Below, one piece after another: positions 29,842-38,139 of a stretch of 38,214 bases of DNA. Position numbers and translations under genes: made by a program. Location: NCBI GenBank assembly GCA_027081145.1, contig JALWLB010000142.1, positions 1-38,214 on the forward strand, in the 5' to 3' direction. Numbering within the stretch: the first letter of the stretch is position 1; every line of letters starts with the position of its first letter. The DNA is from Campylobacterales bacterium (GTDB lineage Bacteria > Campylobacterota > Campylobacteria > Campylobacterales > QNZT01). The notes beneath the pieces were generated by a model, which was not told the origin of the DNA, searched no databases, and saw only the letters and a list, made by a program, of their open reading frames with translations.

Positions 29842-31611
29842 ATGATGAAAAAAATCGTTGTATTTATGATGAGTATCGTATATCTATTTTCTCAATCAAT
29901 ATTAACTCCAGATGAAGCCTTTAAACCATCTGCAAAAATAGAATCCAATATGATAGTTACAAATATCGAATTAGCCCAAGATATCTATTTATATGCTGAT
30001 AAATTAAAATTTTTTATCACCAAACCAAAAGAGATAGAACTAACTCCATTTTTAACTTTACCTAAGAGTTATCCTCATGATGAGTATCAAGTTTTTAAAG
30101 ATAAAAATACTATTGTTAATATACCTCTAAATTTGATAAAAGATAAAATTGGCAACTCAAAAGAGTTTACACTAAAGATAAAATATCAAGGTTGCTCCAA
30201 TAAAGGGCTTTGTTATCAGCCATTAAAAGTTTCGTATGATTTTAAAATGCCAAATAATATATCATCTACTAAGAACACAGAACAAAGCAATAGCTTAGTA
30301 TCAGAAGAGCAAAAAATTGTAAATATGTTAAAAGATAACTCATTTTTTGCAATTTTGGGTATATTTTTTGTTTTTGGGCTACTGTTATCATTTACCCCAT
30401 GTGTTTTTCCAATGATTCCAATACTCTCTTCAATCATAGTAGCACAATCAAAAAGTGATAAAAATATGAGTGCAAAAAAAGGTTTTTTACTATCTTTGGT
30501 ATATGTGATTTTTATGTCTTTAGCTTATGCTATAGCTGGAGTTATTGCTGGAATGTTTGGAGCAAATTTACAAAGTGCTTTGCAAAATCCATGGGCTATA
30601 GGAGTTTTTAGTGCAATATTTGTGGCTTTGGCTCTCTCTATGTTTGGTTATTTTGAAATTAAAATACCCTCTTTTATACAGACAAAAATAGATAACAGTT
30701 TAAGAAAAAGAGAGGGCAATGGTTATATTAGTGTAGCTATTATGGGGTTTTTATCAGCTTTGATTGTTGGTCCTTGTATCGCACCTCCACTTGCTGGAGC
30801 TTTAATGTATATTTCTCAAAGTGGTGATGCTATTCTTGGTGGATTGGCACTATTTGTTATGAGTTTTGGTATGGGAGTACTCTTATTGGTAGTTGGAATT
30901 GGGGCTGGAAAATTTATACCAAAGCCAGGTGGATGGATGAATAGAGTCTCTCAAGTTTTTGGTGTTATTATGTTAGCGATTGCTATTTGGATGCTCTCTC
31001 GTGTAATACCTGAACAAGTTAGTATGTTTTTGTGGGCAACTCTTTTTATAGGAAGTTCAGTCTATCTTGGAGCATTTGAGCCATTTGATACAAAAATAAG
31101 AGCCACACTAAAGCTTATAAAAGTTTTTGCTATAATGCTATTTATTTATGGTGTTATGCTTTTTGTTGGGGCATTTTCAAACTCGACAAATCTTTTAAAT
31201 CCACTAGAAAAATTTACTACTACTCAATCTAAGCAAATTTCACAAACTCAAAATAAAAAATTAAATTTCAAAGTTATTCCTACACTAGAAGAGTTAAAAA
31301 AAGAGATAAAGAATTCTGATAAATTTGTTATGATATATTTTTCTGCTAAATGGTGTGTTTCATGTAAAGAGTTGGAAATTTATACCTTTAGTGATCCTAG
31401 AGTGATAGAGGATTTGAGTGATTTTAAACTTTTAAAAGTTGATGTTAGCGATGATAGTGATGAAGATAAAAAGATATTAAAAGAGTATAATCTTTTTGGA
31501 CCACCTGCTATGATTTTTTATGATAAAGATGCAAATGAGCTAAAACATGTTAAAGTTATCGGTTTTAAATCGGCAGATGAGTTTTTAAAGATATTAAAAC
31601 AGATAAAATAG
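29842..31611 (+). CDS. dsbD: protein-disulfide reductase DsbD
   Basis: Three-domain layout: N-terminal domain with QGCSNKGLCYQP, TM core with FTPCVFPMIP and GPCIAPPL, and a C-terminal thioredoxin with WCVSCKE. Confidence 0.9.
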   Translation: MMKKIVVFMMSIVYLFSQSILTPDEAFKPSAKIESNMIVTNIELAQDIYLYADKLKFFITKPKEIELTPFLTLPKSYPHDEYQVFKDKNTIVNIPLNLIKDKIGNSKEFTLKIKYQGCSNKGLCYQPLKVSYDFKMPNNISSTKNTEQSNSLVSEEQKIVNMLKDNSFFAILGIFFVFGLLLSFTPCVFPMIPILSSIIVAQSKSDKNMSAKKGFLLSLVYVIFMSLAYAIAGVIAGMFGANLQSALQNPWAIGVFSAIFVALALSMFGYFEIKIPSFIQTKIDNSLRKREGNGYISVAIMGFLSALIVGPCIAPPLAGALMYISQSGDAILGGLALFVMSFGMGVLLLVVGIGAGKFIPKPGGWMNRVSQVFGVIMLAIAIWMLSRVIPEQVSMFLWATLFIGSSVYLGAFEPFDTKIRATLKLIKVFAIMLFIYGVMLFVGAFSNSTNLLNPLEKFTTTQSKQISQTQNKKLNFKVIPTLEELKKEIKNSDKFVMIYFSAKWCVSCKELEIYTFSDPRVIEDLSDFKLLKVDVSDDSDEDKKILKEYNLFGPPAMIFYDKDANELKHVKVIGFKSADEFLKILKQIK

Positions 31612-31618
31612 GAGCTAC

Positions 31619-32812
31619 ATGATAACTATAATTAGTGTAATATATTTTATATATGTGTTGGTAAAAATTTATATTTCAGTTATGGAAATTGGATTTGTAA
31701 GTAGAGCTAAAAATGAAAAAGCTGTTATACTCTCAGATCAAAACTATAAAAAAGCGGCTGAGTATAAGATCAAGAGTGAAAGGTTATCCATATTAACCTC
31801 ACTTGCTGATTATGCTATATTTCTATTTTGGATTGGGTTTGGATTAAGATATCTTGAATCGATTATACCTATTGAGGATATGGCTTTAAAATCAGTGGTT
31901 TTTGTACTATTATTTATAGCTATTAATTTTTTATTTTCTCTTGGTTTTGATATCTATAAAACATTTGTACTTGATAAAAAGTTTGGCTTTTCCAATATGG
32001 ATACAAAACTTTTTTTACATGATCTATTAAAATCTTCTATATTGTTTATTATCTTTGGATCTTTAGTAACTTGGATAGTTAGTAAAATTATTTTAAGTTT
32101 TGATACATGGTGGATCTATGGGTTTATTTTTGTATTTTTGGTGATTTTAGTTATAAATGTTATCTATCCAACTCTAATAGCTCCGATATTTAATAAATTT
32201 AAAGTTTTAGATAATGATGAGTTAAAAGAGGCAATTGAAAAACTTTTTAATCAAGTTGGATTAAAAAGTAGTGGAGTTTTTACGATTGATGCTAGTAAAA
32301 GAGACAATAGATTAAACGCCTATTTTGGAGGACTTGGAAAAACCAAAAGAGTAGTTTTATTTGATACTCTGGTTCAAAAATTGACAAAAAGTGAATTATT
32401 GGCAGTTTTGGGACATGAGTTGGGTCATTTTAAACACAAAGATATATTAAAAAGTATAGCTACTATGAGTTTTATGCTATTTATAATGTTTTATATATTT
32501 GGAAATTTGCCAACTTCACTGTTTGAAGCTGTTGGAGTTTCAAATGAGCCTTATATGATAATAGCTTTTTTTATGATTTTTTCTCCTATTTTATCATTTT
32601 TTATGATGCCACTTTTTGGTCTTATAAGCAGAGCCAATGAGTACAATGCAGATGAATTTGGAGCTAAATGTGAAAGCAAAGAGGCATTAATAAGCGCTCT
32701 TAAAAAGTTGGCCAATGAAAATAAAAGCTTTCCGCTATCTCATCCTTTAAATATCTTTTTTTATCACACTCATCCACCACTAGCTCAAAGGTTAAAAAGA
32801 TTACAAGAGTGA
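31619..32812 (+). CDS. M48-family (Ste24/HtpX-like) integral-membrane zinc metallopeptidase
   Basis: Multiple TM segments, HELGHFKH (HExxH) and a downstream ...ANEYNADEFG glutamate region. Confidence 0.85.
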   Translation: MITIISVIYFIYVLVKIYISVMEIGFVSRAKNEKAVILSDQNYKKAAEYKIKSERLSILTSLADYAIFLFWIGFGLRYLESIIPIEDMALKSVVFVLLFIAINFLFSLGFDIYKTFVLDKKFGFSNMDTKLFLHDLLKSSILFIIFGSLVTWIVSKIILSFDTWWIYGFIFVFLVILVINVIYPTLIAPIFNKFKVLDNDELKEAIEKLFNQVGLKSSGVFTIDASKRDNRLNAYFGGLGKTKRVVLFDTLVQKLTKSELLAVLGHELGHFKHKDILKSIATMSFMLFIMFYIFGNLPTSLFEAVGVSNEPYMIIAFFMIFSPILSFFMMPLFGLISRANEYNADEFGAKCESKEALISALKKLANENKSFPLSHPLNIFFYHTHPPLAQRLKRLQE

Positions 32813-33615
32813 GTATCAAAGAAGCCATTTTAAAAGCTTCGCACATCTTACAAAACCAAAAAGAGGCTAGGATTTTGATGAGTTATCATGTAGGCAAAGA
32901 TAATCTTTATCTCTTGCTACATGATAATGAAGTATTAAAAGATCCAAAAGGGTATTTTAATCTTATAAAAAGAAGATCTTTAAATGAGCCAATTGAGTAT
33001 ATTACAAATAGTGTCAGTTTTTATTCAAGAGAGTTTTTTATAAAAAAAGGTGTTTTAATTCCACGACCAGAGACAGAGATACTTATAGATAAGACATTAA
33101 AAGTTATACAAAAATTTAAAAATATAAAAGTTGCTGAAATTGGAGTTGGAAGTGGGGTTATCTCTATCATGTTGGCACTTTTAAAAAAAGATATAAAAAT
33201 AGTTGCAACAGATATATCAAAAGAGGCTATTGAAGTGGCTAAAATTAATGCAAAAAGATTTAAAGTAGAGGATAAAATCACTTTTGTAAAAACTTCATTT
33301 TTGGATACTATTAAAGAAGATTTTGATATTATCATCTCAAATCCACCCTATATTTCAAACTATTTTGAGATAGAAAAAAACCTTACATATGAGCCCAAAA
33401 GGGCACTTTTTGGAGGTAAAATAGGGGATGAAATATTAAAAAATATTATAGATTTAGCAATAAAAAAGAGAGTAAAATTTTTAGCTTGTGAAATGGGTTA
33501 TGATCAATTAGAGCCATTAAAAAGCTACATGATTCAAAAAGGTGTAATGGAATTTGAATTTTATAAAGATTTAAGTTCACACGATAGAGGGTTTATTGCT
33601 ACGCTTAGGAGTTAG
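32809..33615 (+). CDS. prmC: peptide chain release factor N5-glutamine methyltransferase
   Basis: EPIEYITN...VLIPRPETE, SAM motif EIGVGSGVISI and catalytic IISNPPYI. GTGA overlap with the M48 gene. Confidence 0.9.
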   Translation: MSIKEAILKASHILQNQKEARILMSYHVGKDNLYLLLHDNEVLKDPKGYFNLIKRRSLNEPIEYITNSVSFYSREFFIKKGVLIPRPETEILIDKTLKVIQKFKNIKVAEIGVGSGVISIMLALLKKDIKIVATDISKEAIEVAKINAKRFKVEDKITFVKTSFLDTIKEDFDIIISNPPYISNYFEIEKNLTYEPKRALFGGKIGDEILKNIIDLAIKKRVKFLACEMGYDQLEPLKSYMIQKGVMEFEFYKDLSSHDRGFIATLRS

Positions 33616-33617
33616 AT

Positions 33618-34367
33618 ATAAAAGAACCTATTATAGAATTTAGAGAAGTTTATAAATATTTTGGTGAAAAAAAAGTGTTAAGAGGGATTAGTTTTAATAT
33701 TTCTAAAAATAGTACAACTGTTGTGATGGGACCATCTGGAACAGGCAAATCTACTGTTATTAAACTTATGATTGGACTTTTAAAACCTACAAAAGGTGAT
33801 ATTATAGTTGAAGGTGTAAATATACCCAAAATTGATGAAAAAGAGTTACAAAACATTAGAAAAAAAGTTGGTTTTTTATTTCAATTTGGAGCTTTATTTG
33901 ATAGTATGAATATATATGAAAATATCGCTTTTCCTCTCAATGAACATACAAAACTCTCAAAACAGGAGATAAAAAGAGAAGTCAAAAACTCTCTTGATAT
34001 GGTAGGATTAAAGTCAGATGAGGTTATGCACCTATTTCCAGATGAGTTAAGTGGAGGTATGCAAAAAAGAGCAGCTCTTGCTAGAACTATCATTTTAAAA
34101 CCAGATATCATTTTATATGATGAGCCTACAAGTGGACTTGATCCAATTGCTAGTGATCTTATAAGTCGTTTGATAGTAAAACTTCAAAGAGAGCTTGGTA
34201 CGACCTCTATTGTAATTAGTCATGATATTAAAGAGAGTTTCAAAATAGCAAATCAAATGATAATGCTTTATGATGGTAAAGTGTTAGCAGATGATAAACC
34301 AGATTTTTTTAAAACCACACAAAATCCTATAATTAGACAGTTTATAGATGGTATTAGTGAGCTTTAG
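33618..34367 (+). CDS. MlaF-like ABC transporter ATP-binding protein (apparent non-canonical ATA start)
   Basis: Walker A GPSGTGKST, Q-loop, signature LSGGMQKRAALARTI, Walker B ILYDEPTSGLD and H-loop ISHD. The track ORF starts at GTG 33675, but the conserved first strand and A-loop (IIEFREVYKYFGEKK) are encoded in frame upstream. AGGAG (33607-33611) lies 6 nt before ATA 33618. Confidence 0.8.
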   Translation: MKEPIIEFREVYKYFGEKKVLRGISFNISKNSTTVVMGPSGTGKSTVIKLMIGLLKPTKGDIIVEGVNIPKIDEKELQNIRKKVGFLFQFGALFDSMNIYENIAFPLNEHTKLSKQEIKREVKNSLDMVGLKSDEVMHLFPDELSGGMQKRAALARTIILKPDIILYDEPTSGLDPIASDLISRLIVKLQRELGTTSIVISHDIKESFKIANQMIMLYDGKVLADDKPDFFKTTQNPIIRQFIDGISEL

Positions 34368-34396
34368 CCTCCAAATTTGATATGAAGGCTACATGA

Positions 34397-35014
34397 CTAA
34401 GCCTGTTTTAGTACTATATCTTTTGTGGTATTTTCAATAACATGGTTTGTCTGTTTGATAATCTCTTTAAATTGAGAAATAGAGCCCTCAATTTTACCAC
34501 CATCGTTTGAGATATTATTTACTTTCATTTCACCTTTAACAAATCCTGTTGATTTTACTGTAAGTGTTGAACAAGCTATAATACCTTCTATTTGTCCACT
34601 TATAACTGTATATTTGGATTGAGTTTTATCTTTTACAAATCCACCCTCCTCAACTACTAAAGAATCACACACAACTTCACCATGAATAGTTCCATGAATT
34701 AAAACTTTTTTTGCTCTAATATTCTGTTTTATATAAGATGAGTGCATTACCTCTAAATCTTCGCACTTAATATCCCCTTCAATTTTACCACTGGATATAA
34801 TTTTATTTGCTTTAATATTACCTTGAATTAGACCAGTTTTTCCAACCACAACAGTATTATTAACTTTCACATCCCCATATATCTCTCCTTCTATATGAAC
34901 AGTATCATCTCCTTCAATATCACCTTTTATTTTTGTACCATTAGTGATTATTGTAGCTGTATTAACTGGTACATCAGACTTTGTATTTTTATTACTATTG
35001 CCAAAAAATGCCAT
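34397..35014 (-). CDS. ccmA: bactofilin-family cytoskeletal protein (CcmA-like, extended)
   Basis: Repetitive beta-helix pattern (TKIKGDIEGDDTVHIEGEIYGDVKVNNTVVVGKTGLIQGNIKANKIISSGKIEGDIKC...) covering about 160 aa. Lies 15 nt downstream of an M23 peptidase gene, matching the H. pylori csd1-ccmA arrangement. Confidence 0.8.
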   Translation of the reverse strand: MAFFGNSNKNTKSDVPVNTATIITNGTKIKGDIEGDDTVHIEGEIYGDVKVNNTVVVGKTGLIQGNIKANKIISSGKIEGDIKCEDLEVMHSSYIKQNIRAKKVLIHGTIHGEVVCDSLVVEEGGFVKDKTQSKYTVISGQIEGIIACSTLTVKSTGFVKGEMKVNNISNDGGKIEGSISQFKEIIKQTNHVIENTTKDIVLKQA

Positions 35015-35029
35015 ATTTTTTCCTTTTAA

Positions 35030-35941
35030 TTAATGATTTTTTGTGATCTCTCTAATTTGACGAAAAATTTGTGCCATTAATGAATCCCATTGAATAAAGC
35101 TCTCTTTTTTCATAATTTTAGAGTAGTTTTGTGGACTTAACTCTTTAAAATTTTTAGGATCAAGCCACTTTTGCAGATATCTAATCTCATAATGCAAATG
35201 CGGTCCAGTACTTCTTCCAGTATTGCCAACATATCCAATGATATCACCTTTAGATACATAATCTCCCTCTTTAACAGCAAATTTTTTTAGATGTCCATAT
35301 GCTGTTTTAAATCCATAAGGATGATTGAGTAGTAGATAGTTGCCGTATGAGCCTTTTTTCTTTGCATACTCTACTACACCATCAGCTGGGGCATATATTG
35401 GAGTTCCACTTTTAGCGGTTAAATCTATTCCGGCATGAAACTCTTTTCTTTTTAAGATAGGATGTATTCTATAGCCAAATCCATCAGATACTCTCTTATA
35501 ATCAATTGGAAAGCCATTTGGGATACTTTTATTTAAGATATTTATTTGGGTTGCAGTTAATTTTATTTTTTCAATCTGTTTAGAGATATCATGTTGAGAG
35601 TCTTGTAGCATGTTATTTATATCTGGTTTGATTCCTATCATAACCTCTATCTCTGATAGATGCTGATTCATAGACTCTAACTCTTGAGTCTTTTCAAATA
35701 TACTACTTTGTAATTTTGAATTCTCCTCTATAAGAGTCTGTTTTGTATTTTTTAACATTTGAGTATATATAGCATACTCATCTACTTCTTCAGATAGCGA
35801 GTTTAATATAATAGCCCCTACTGTAAAAACAACAATTATACCAAGCACTAGCCAAAGTGCAATAACCCTTATAAATTGATGAAGAGTGTATTGTTTGACA
35901 CCATGGATATCACTAATGGTGATAATAAATTTATTTTTCAA
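35030..35941 (-). CDS. membrane-anchored M23 (LytM-type) peptidoglycan metallopeptidase, Csd1/Pgp3-like
   Basis: N-terminal TM helix (VIALWLVLGIIVVFTVGAIIL) and a coiled-coil region. M23 motifs HAGIDL, ...GNTGRSTGPHLHYEIR. Confidence 0.9.
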   Translation of the reverse strand: MKNKFIITISDIHGVKQYTLHQFIRVIALWLVLGIIVVFTVGAIILNSLSEEVDEYAIYTQMLKNTKQTLIEENSKLQSSIFEKTQELESMNQHLSEIEVMIGIKPDINNMLQDSQHDISKQIEKIKLTATQINILNKSIPNGFPIDYKRVSDGFGYRIHPILKRKEFHAGIDLTAKSGTPIYAPADGVVEYAKKKGSYGNYLLLNHPYGFKTAYGHLKKFAVKEGDYVSKGDIIGYVGNTGRSTGPHLHYEIRYLQKWLDPKNFKELSPQNYSKIMKKESFIQWDSLMAQIFRQIREITKNH

Positions 35942-36301
35942 AACAGATCCTTTATAAAGTTTAACTATATTTAAACAATTACACTATTTTAAACTTCTTA
36001 TTATTTTATCAGAAATATCTCTCAAAAGGTATTTTTTACTTCACTTTTTACCTCTTAATAGATAAGTTTAGCAAATTTGATACTTTCTGTAATACTGTTA
36101 TAAGTTTGAAAAAAAATAGTAAATTGAGACATTTTTTTGTTTATTTAACTATTAAAATTTTTTTAAGTTATTATCCAAATTCTTGTCAAAATACTCTTTT
36201 TTAGGCATTTTTGTAAAAAATTTTTTGAAATTATGGGGGTTTATGTTTGAGATTTTTGTTCGATATAAATAGTGATAACAAAATAGAAGGATATATATTT
36301 T

Positions 36302-36712
36302 ATGGATATTAGAGAGCTTTATCTATATACTCAAGATATGTCAGTGCTTTATGTAGAAGATAATAAAAATCTATTATCAGCAAAGATGGAGATTTTTAAA
36401 GAGATCTTTAAAACTGCAGATGCGGCTGAAAATGGATTAGTAGGTTTGAAAAAATACAAAAAAAATAGATATGATATAGTAATTACAGATTTAAATATGC
36501 CATATATGAATGGATTGGAGATGATTGATCGTATCTTAAATATTGATGCTAATCAAGCTATTATTATTGTCTCTGCATATCTTAAAACTGAATATATATC
36601 CAAATTATCAAAATTTAAAAAGATCGACTTTTTAACAAAGCCAGTAGGAGGGGATGAGTTAATTAGATCTATATATGAAGTTATTAAGCCTATGAAAAAA
36701 CTTGCAGTATAG
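36302..36712 (+). CDS. stand-alone response-regulator receiver domain (CheY-like)
   Basis: Acidic pocket VLYVEDN, phospho-acceptor DIVITDLNMP, IIIVSA and conserved Lys FLTKP. 136 aa with no output domain. GAAGGA upstream. Confidence 0.85.
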   Translation: MDIRELYLYTQDMSVLYVEDNKNLLSAKMEIFKEIFKTADAAENGLVGLKKYKKNRYDIVITDLNMPYMNGLEMIDRILNIDANQAIIIVSAYLKTEYISKLSKFKKIDFLTKPVGGDELIRSIYEVIKPMKKLAV

Positions 36713-36735
36713 AGTATCCACTAAAGGATACTCTA
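36710..36735. terminator. hairpin between convergent genes (candidate bidirectional terminator)
   Basis: TAGAGTATCC (36710-36719) / ACTAAA / GGATACTCTA (36726-36735), a perfect 10-bp stem. It overlaps the receiver gene stop codon. Confidence 0.5.
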
Positions 36736-36744
36736 TATCAACTT

Positions 36745-38139
36745 TTATAACTCAACACCTAAAGCTTGTAAGGTTTTATATGTGATACCACCTCTAGGAA
36801 GTCCTTGATCTATTTGAAAACCATCTATTGCACGCAAAGTTGCACTTCCTACAATACCATCAATTGGTCCATCTTGATAAAAACCAGCTTTTTTAAGAGC
36901 TCTTTGAATTTTTTGGATTGTTAGTTTATCCATATTTGTTTGACAAAGTACTCTTCTCCACTCAAGTCTCTCGTCTGAAGTTTTCTCTCTTTTTGTAATA
37001 GTTTTATATTTTGCTGGAATCTCTGTTTTATTTACTTTCGCATCTGATATTATTGCCTTAACCTTAATAGTTTTATAAACTGCAGGTATGATCTCTTCTT
37101 TTACACTGGCTGGAGTTTTAACAACTCTTTTGACAATAGTCTTATATTTTGCTGGAGTTGCAACTAAGCATATTTGATTACCGCTATATTTTAGACCAGC
37201 TACCTTTTGACCAACTTTATGCCATTCAAACTCTGGATCTTTAACTTTTACAACTTTTGTTATACTTTTGTAACTCTCTGGAGTAGTATTTTTAATAACT
37301 TCGGCATCTTTAACAAGCTTTTTAACCTTAATAGTTTTATAAACTGCTGGAATTTCAACAACTTTTGTAGTTGCAGGAGTTTTAACAACTCTTTTTTTAA
37401 CTGTTTTATAAACTGCTGGAACTTTCACAAGACACATAATTTCTCCAGTTGTATTATCAACTTTTTCAACCAAACCACTCCCTTTTTTCCAAACAGTTTT
37501 TTCAGGTTCAACCAAAATTTTCTCTTCTATATAACTATATGTTGCAGGAACTGGAACAATCTTTTTTGAGGCTTCTTTAACCAATATCTTCTTTTCAACC
37601 CATTTATATTCTGCTGGTACAATTTTTATTGTATCTGAAGCCTCTTTTGCGACATATTGCTCTTTTTCATTTTTGTAAACTGCTGGTTTAAAATACTCTT
37701 TATAACATACTCCAGCAGGTGTATTATCGATATCTACTCCTTTAGCTTTTGCTGCATCTAAAAGTTCAGGTGATACTGGAACATAAGCTTTTAAGCTTGT
37801 AAACCAACCTTTTTGTGCAGGTTTAACTAAAACTTTCTCTTCTACACTTTTATATACAGCAGGAATGGGAGTTAACTTTTTTGAAGCCTCTTTAACTAAA
37901 ACTTTTTCCTCTTTCCAACCATATTTTGCTGGAGTTATTGAAATTTTAACTGATGGTTCAGTCACTAAAATTTTTTCAGTTTTTGTCTCAAATTTAGCTG
38001 GAACAATAACTTTTGCATAGCATTCACCAGCTTTTGCATCTGGAAGAGTGTTTGTTGCATCAACTCTATTTGCATAAAGTGATACTGAGGCAACTGTTAT
38101 AGATAGTGCCAATATAGTTGATAGTTTATGATCTTTCAT
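36745..38139 (-). CDS. exported repeat protein with C-terminal PG_binding_1 peptidoglycan-binding domain
   Basis: Signal peptide MKDHKLSTILALSITVASVSLYA, 12 PAxY-type modules and a C-terminal ...IQRALKKAGFYQDGPIDGIVGSATLRAIDGFQIDQGLP... AAGGAG precedes ATG 38139. The track start 38160 is 7 codons upstream. A TATAAT (minus strand, 38188-38193) is a possible -10. Confidence 0.8.
   Translation of the reverse strand: MKDHKLSTILALSITVASVSLYANRVDATNTLPDAKAGECYAKVIVPAKFETKTEKILVTEPSVKISITPAKYGWKEEKVLVKEASKKLTPIPAVYKSVEEKVLVKPAQKGWFTSLKAYVPVSPELLDAAKAKGVDIDNTPAGVCYKEYFKPAVYKNEKEQYVAKEASDTIKIVPAEYKWVEKKILVKEASKKIVPVPATYSYIEEKILVEPEKTVWKKGSGLVEKVDNTTGEIMCLVKVPAVYKTVKKRVVKTPATTKVVEIPAVYKTIKVKKLVKDAEVIKNTTPESYKSITKVVKVKDPEFEWHKVGQKVAGLKYSGNQICLVATPAKYKTIVKRVVKTPASVKEEIIPAVYKTIKVKAIISDAKVNKTEIPAKYKTITKREKTSDERLEWRRVLCQTNMDKLTIQKIQRALKKAGFYQDGPIDGIVGSATLRAIDGFQIDQGLPRGGITYKTLQALGVEL
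36958..38025 (-). repeat. nested intragenic repeat: four ~88-105-aa supermodules, each containing three PAxY modules
   Basis: Each supermodule runs Cys...(PAxY)x3...Trp, and the Cys-to-Cys and Trp-to-Trp spacings are about 88-105 aa. At DNA level, TTAACCTTAATAGTTTTATAAACTGC occurs at 37058-37083 and again at 37322-37347. GGAGTTTTAACAACTCTTT occurs at 37112 and 37376. Both pairs are exactly 264 bp (88 codons) apart. Confidence 0.9.

Noticed and set aside
34365-34391. Weak hairpin TAGCCT...AGGCTA between the convergent ABC ATPase and bactofilin genes
   Set aside because: The stem is only 6 perfect bp with a 14-nt loop and no U-tract. That is not enough to call a terminator.
37207-37569. 120-aa + strand ORF rich in F/N/C
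   Set aside because: It is antisense to the PAxY repeat protein. Its low-complexity composition is typical of the reverse frame of Lys/Val/Glu-rich AT-rich genes. The same reasoning applies to the other short antisense track ORFs: 236-535, 1365-1559, 2798-3058, 3264-3503, 6361-6720, 6656-6901, 10140-10406, 12481-12678, 12731-12916, 13203-13415, 14141-14458, 15504-15746, 18576-18839, 19339-19536, 22848-23147, 25496-25702, 25771-25962, 26266-26556, 26656-26856, 27186-27407, 29530-29718, 30216-30437, 33021-33335, 33650-33856 and 33881-34111.
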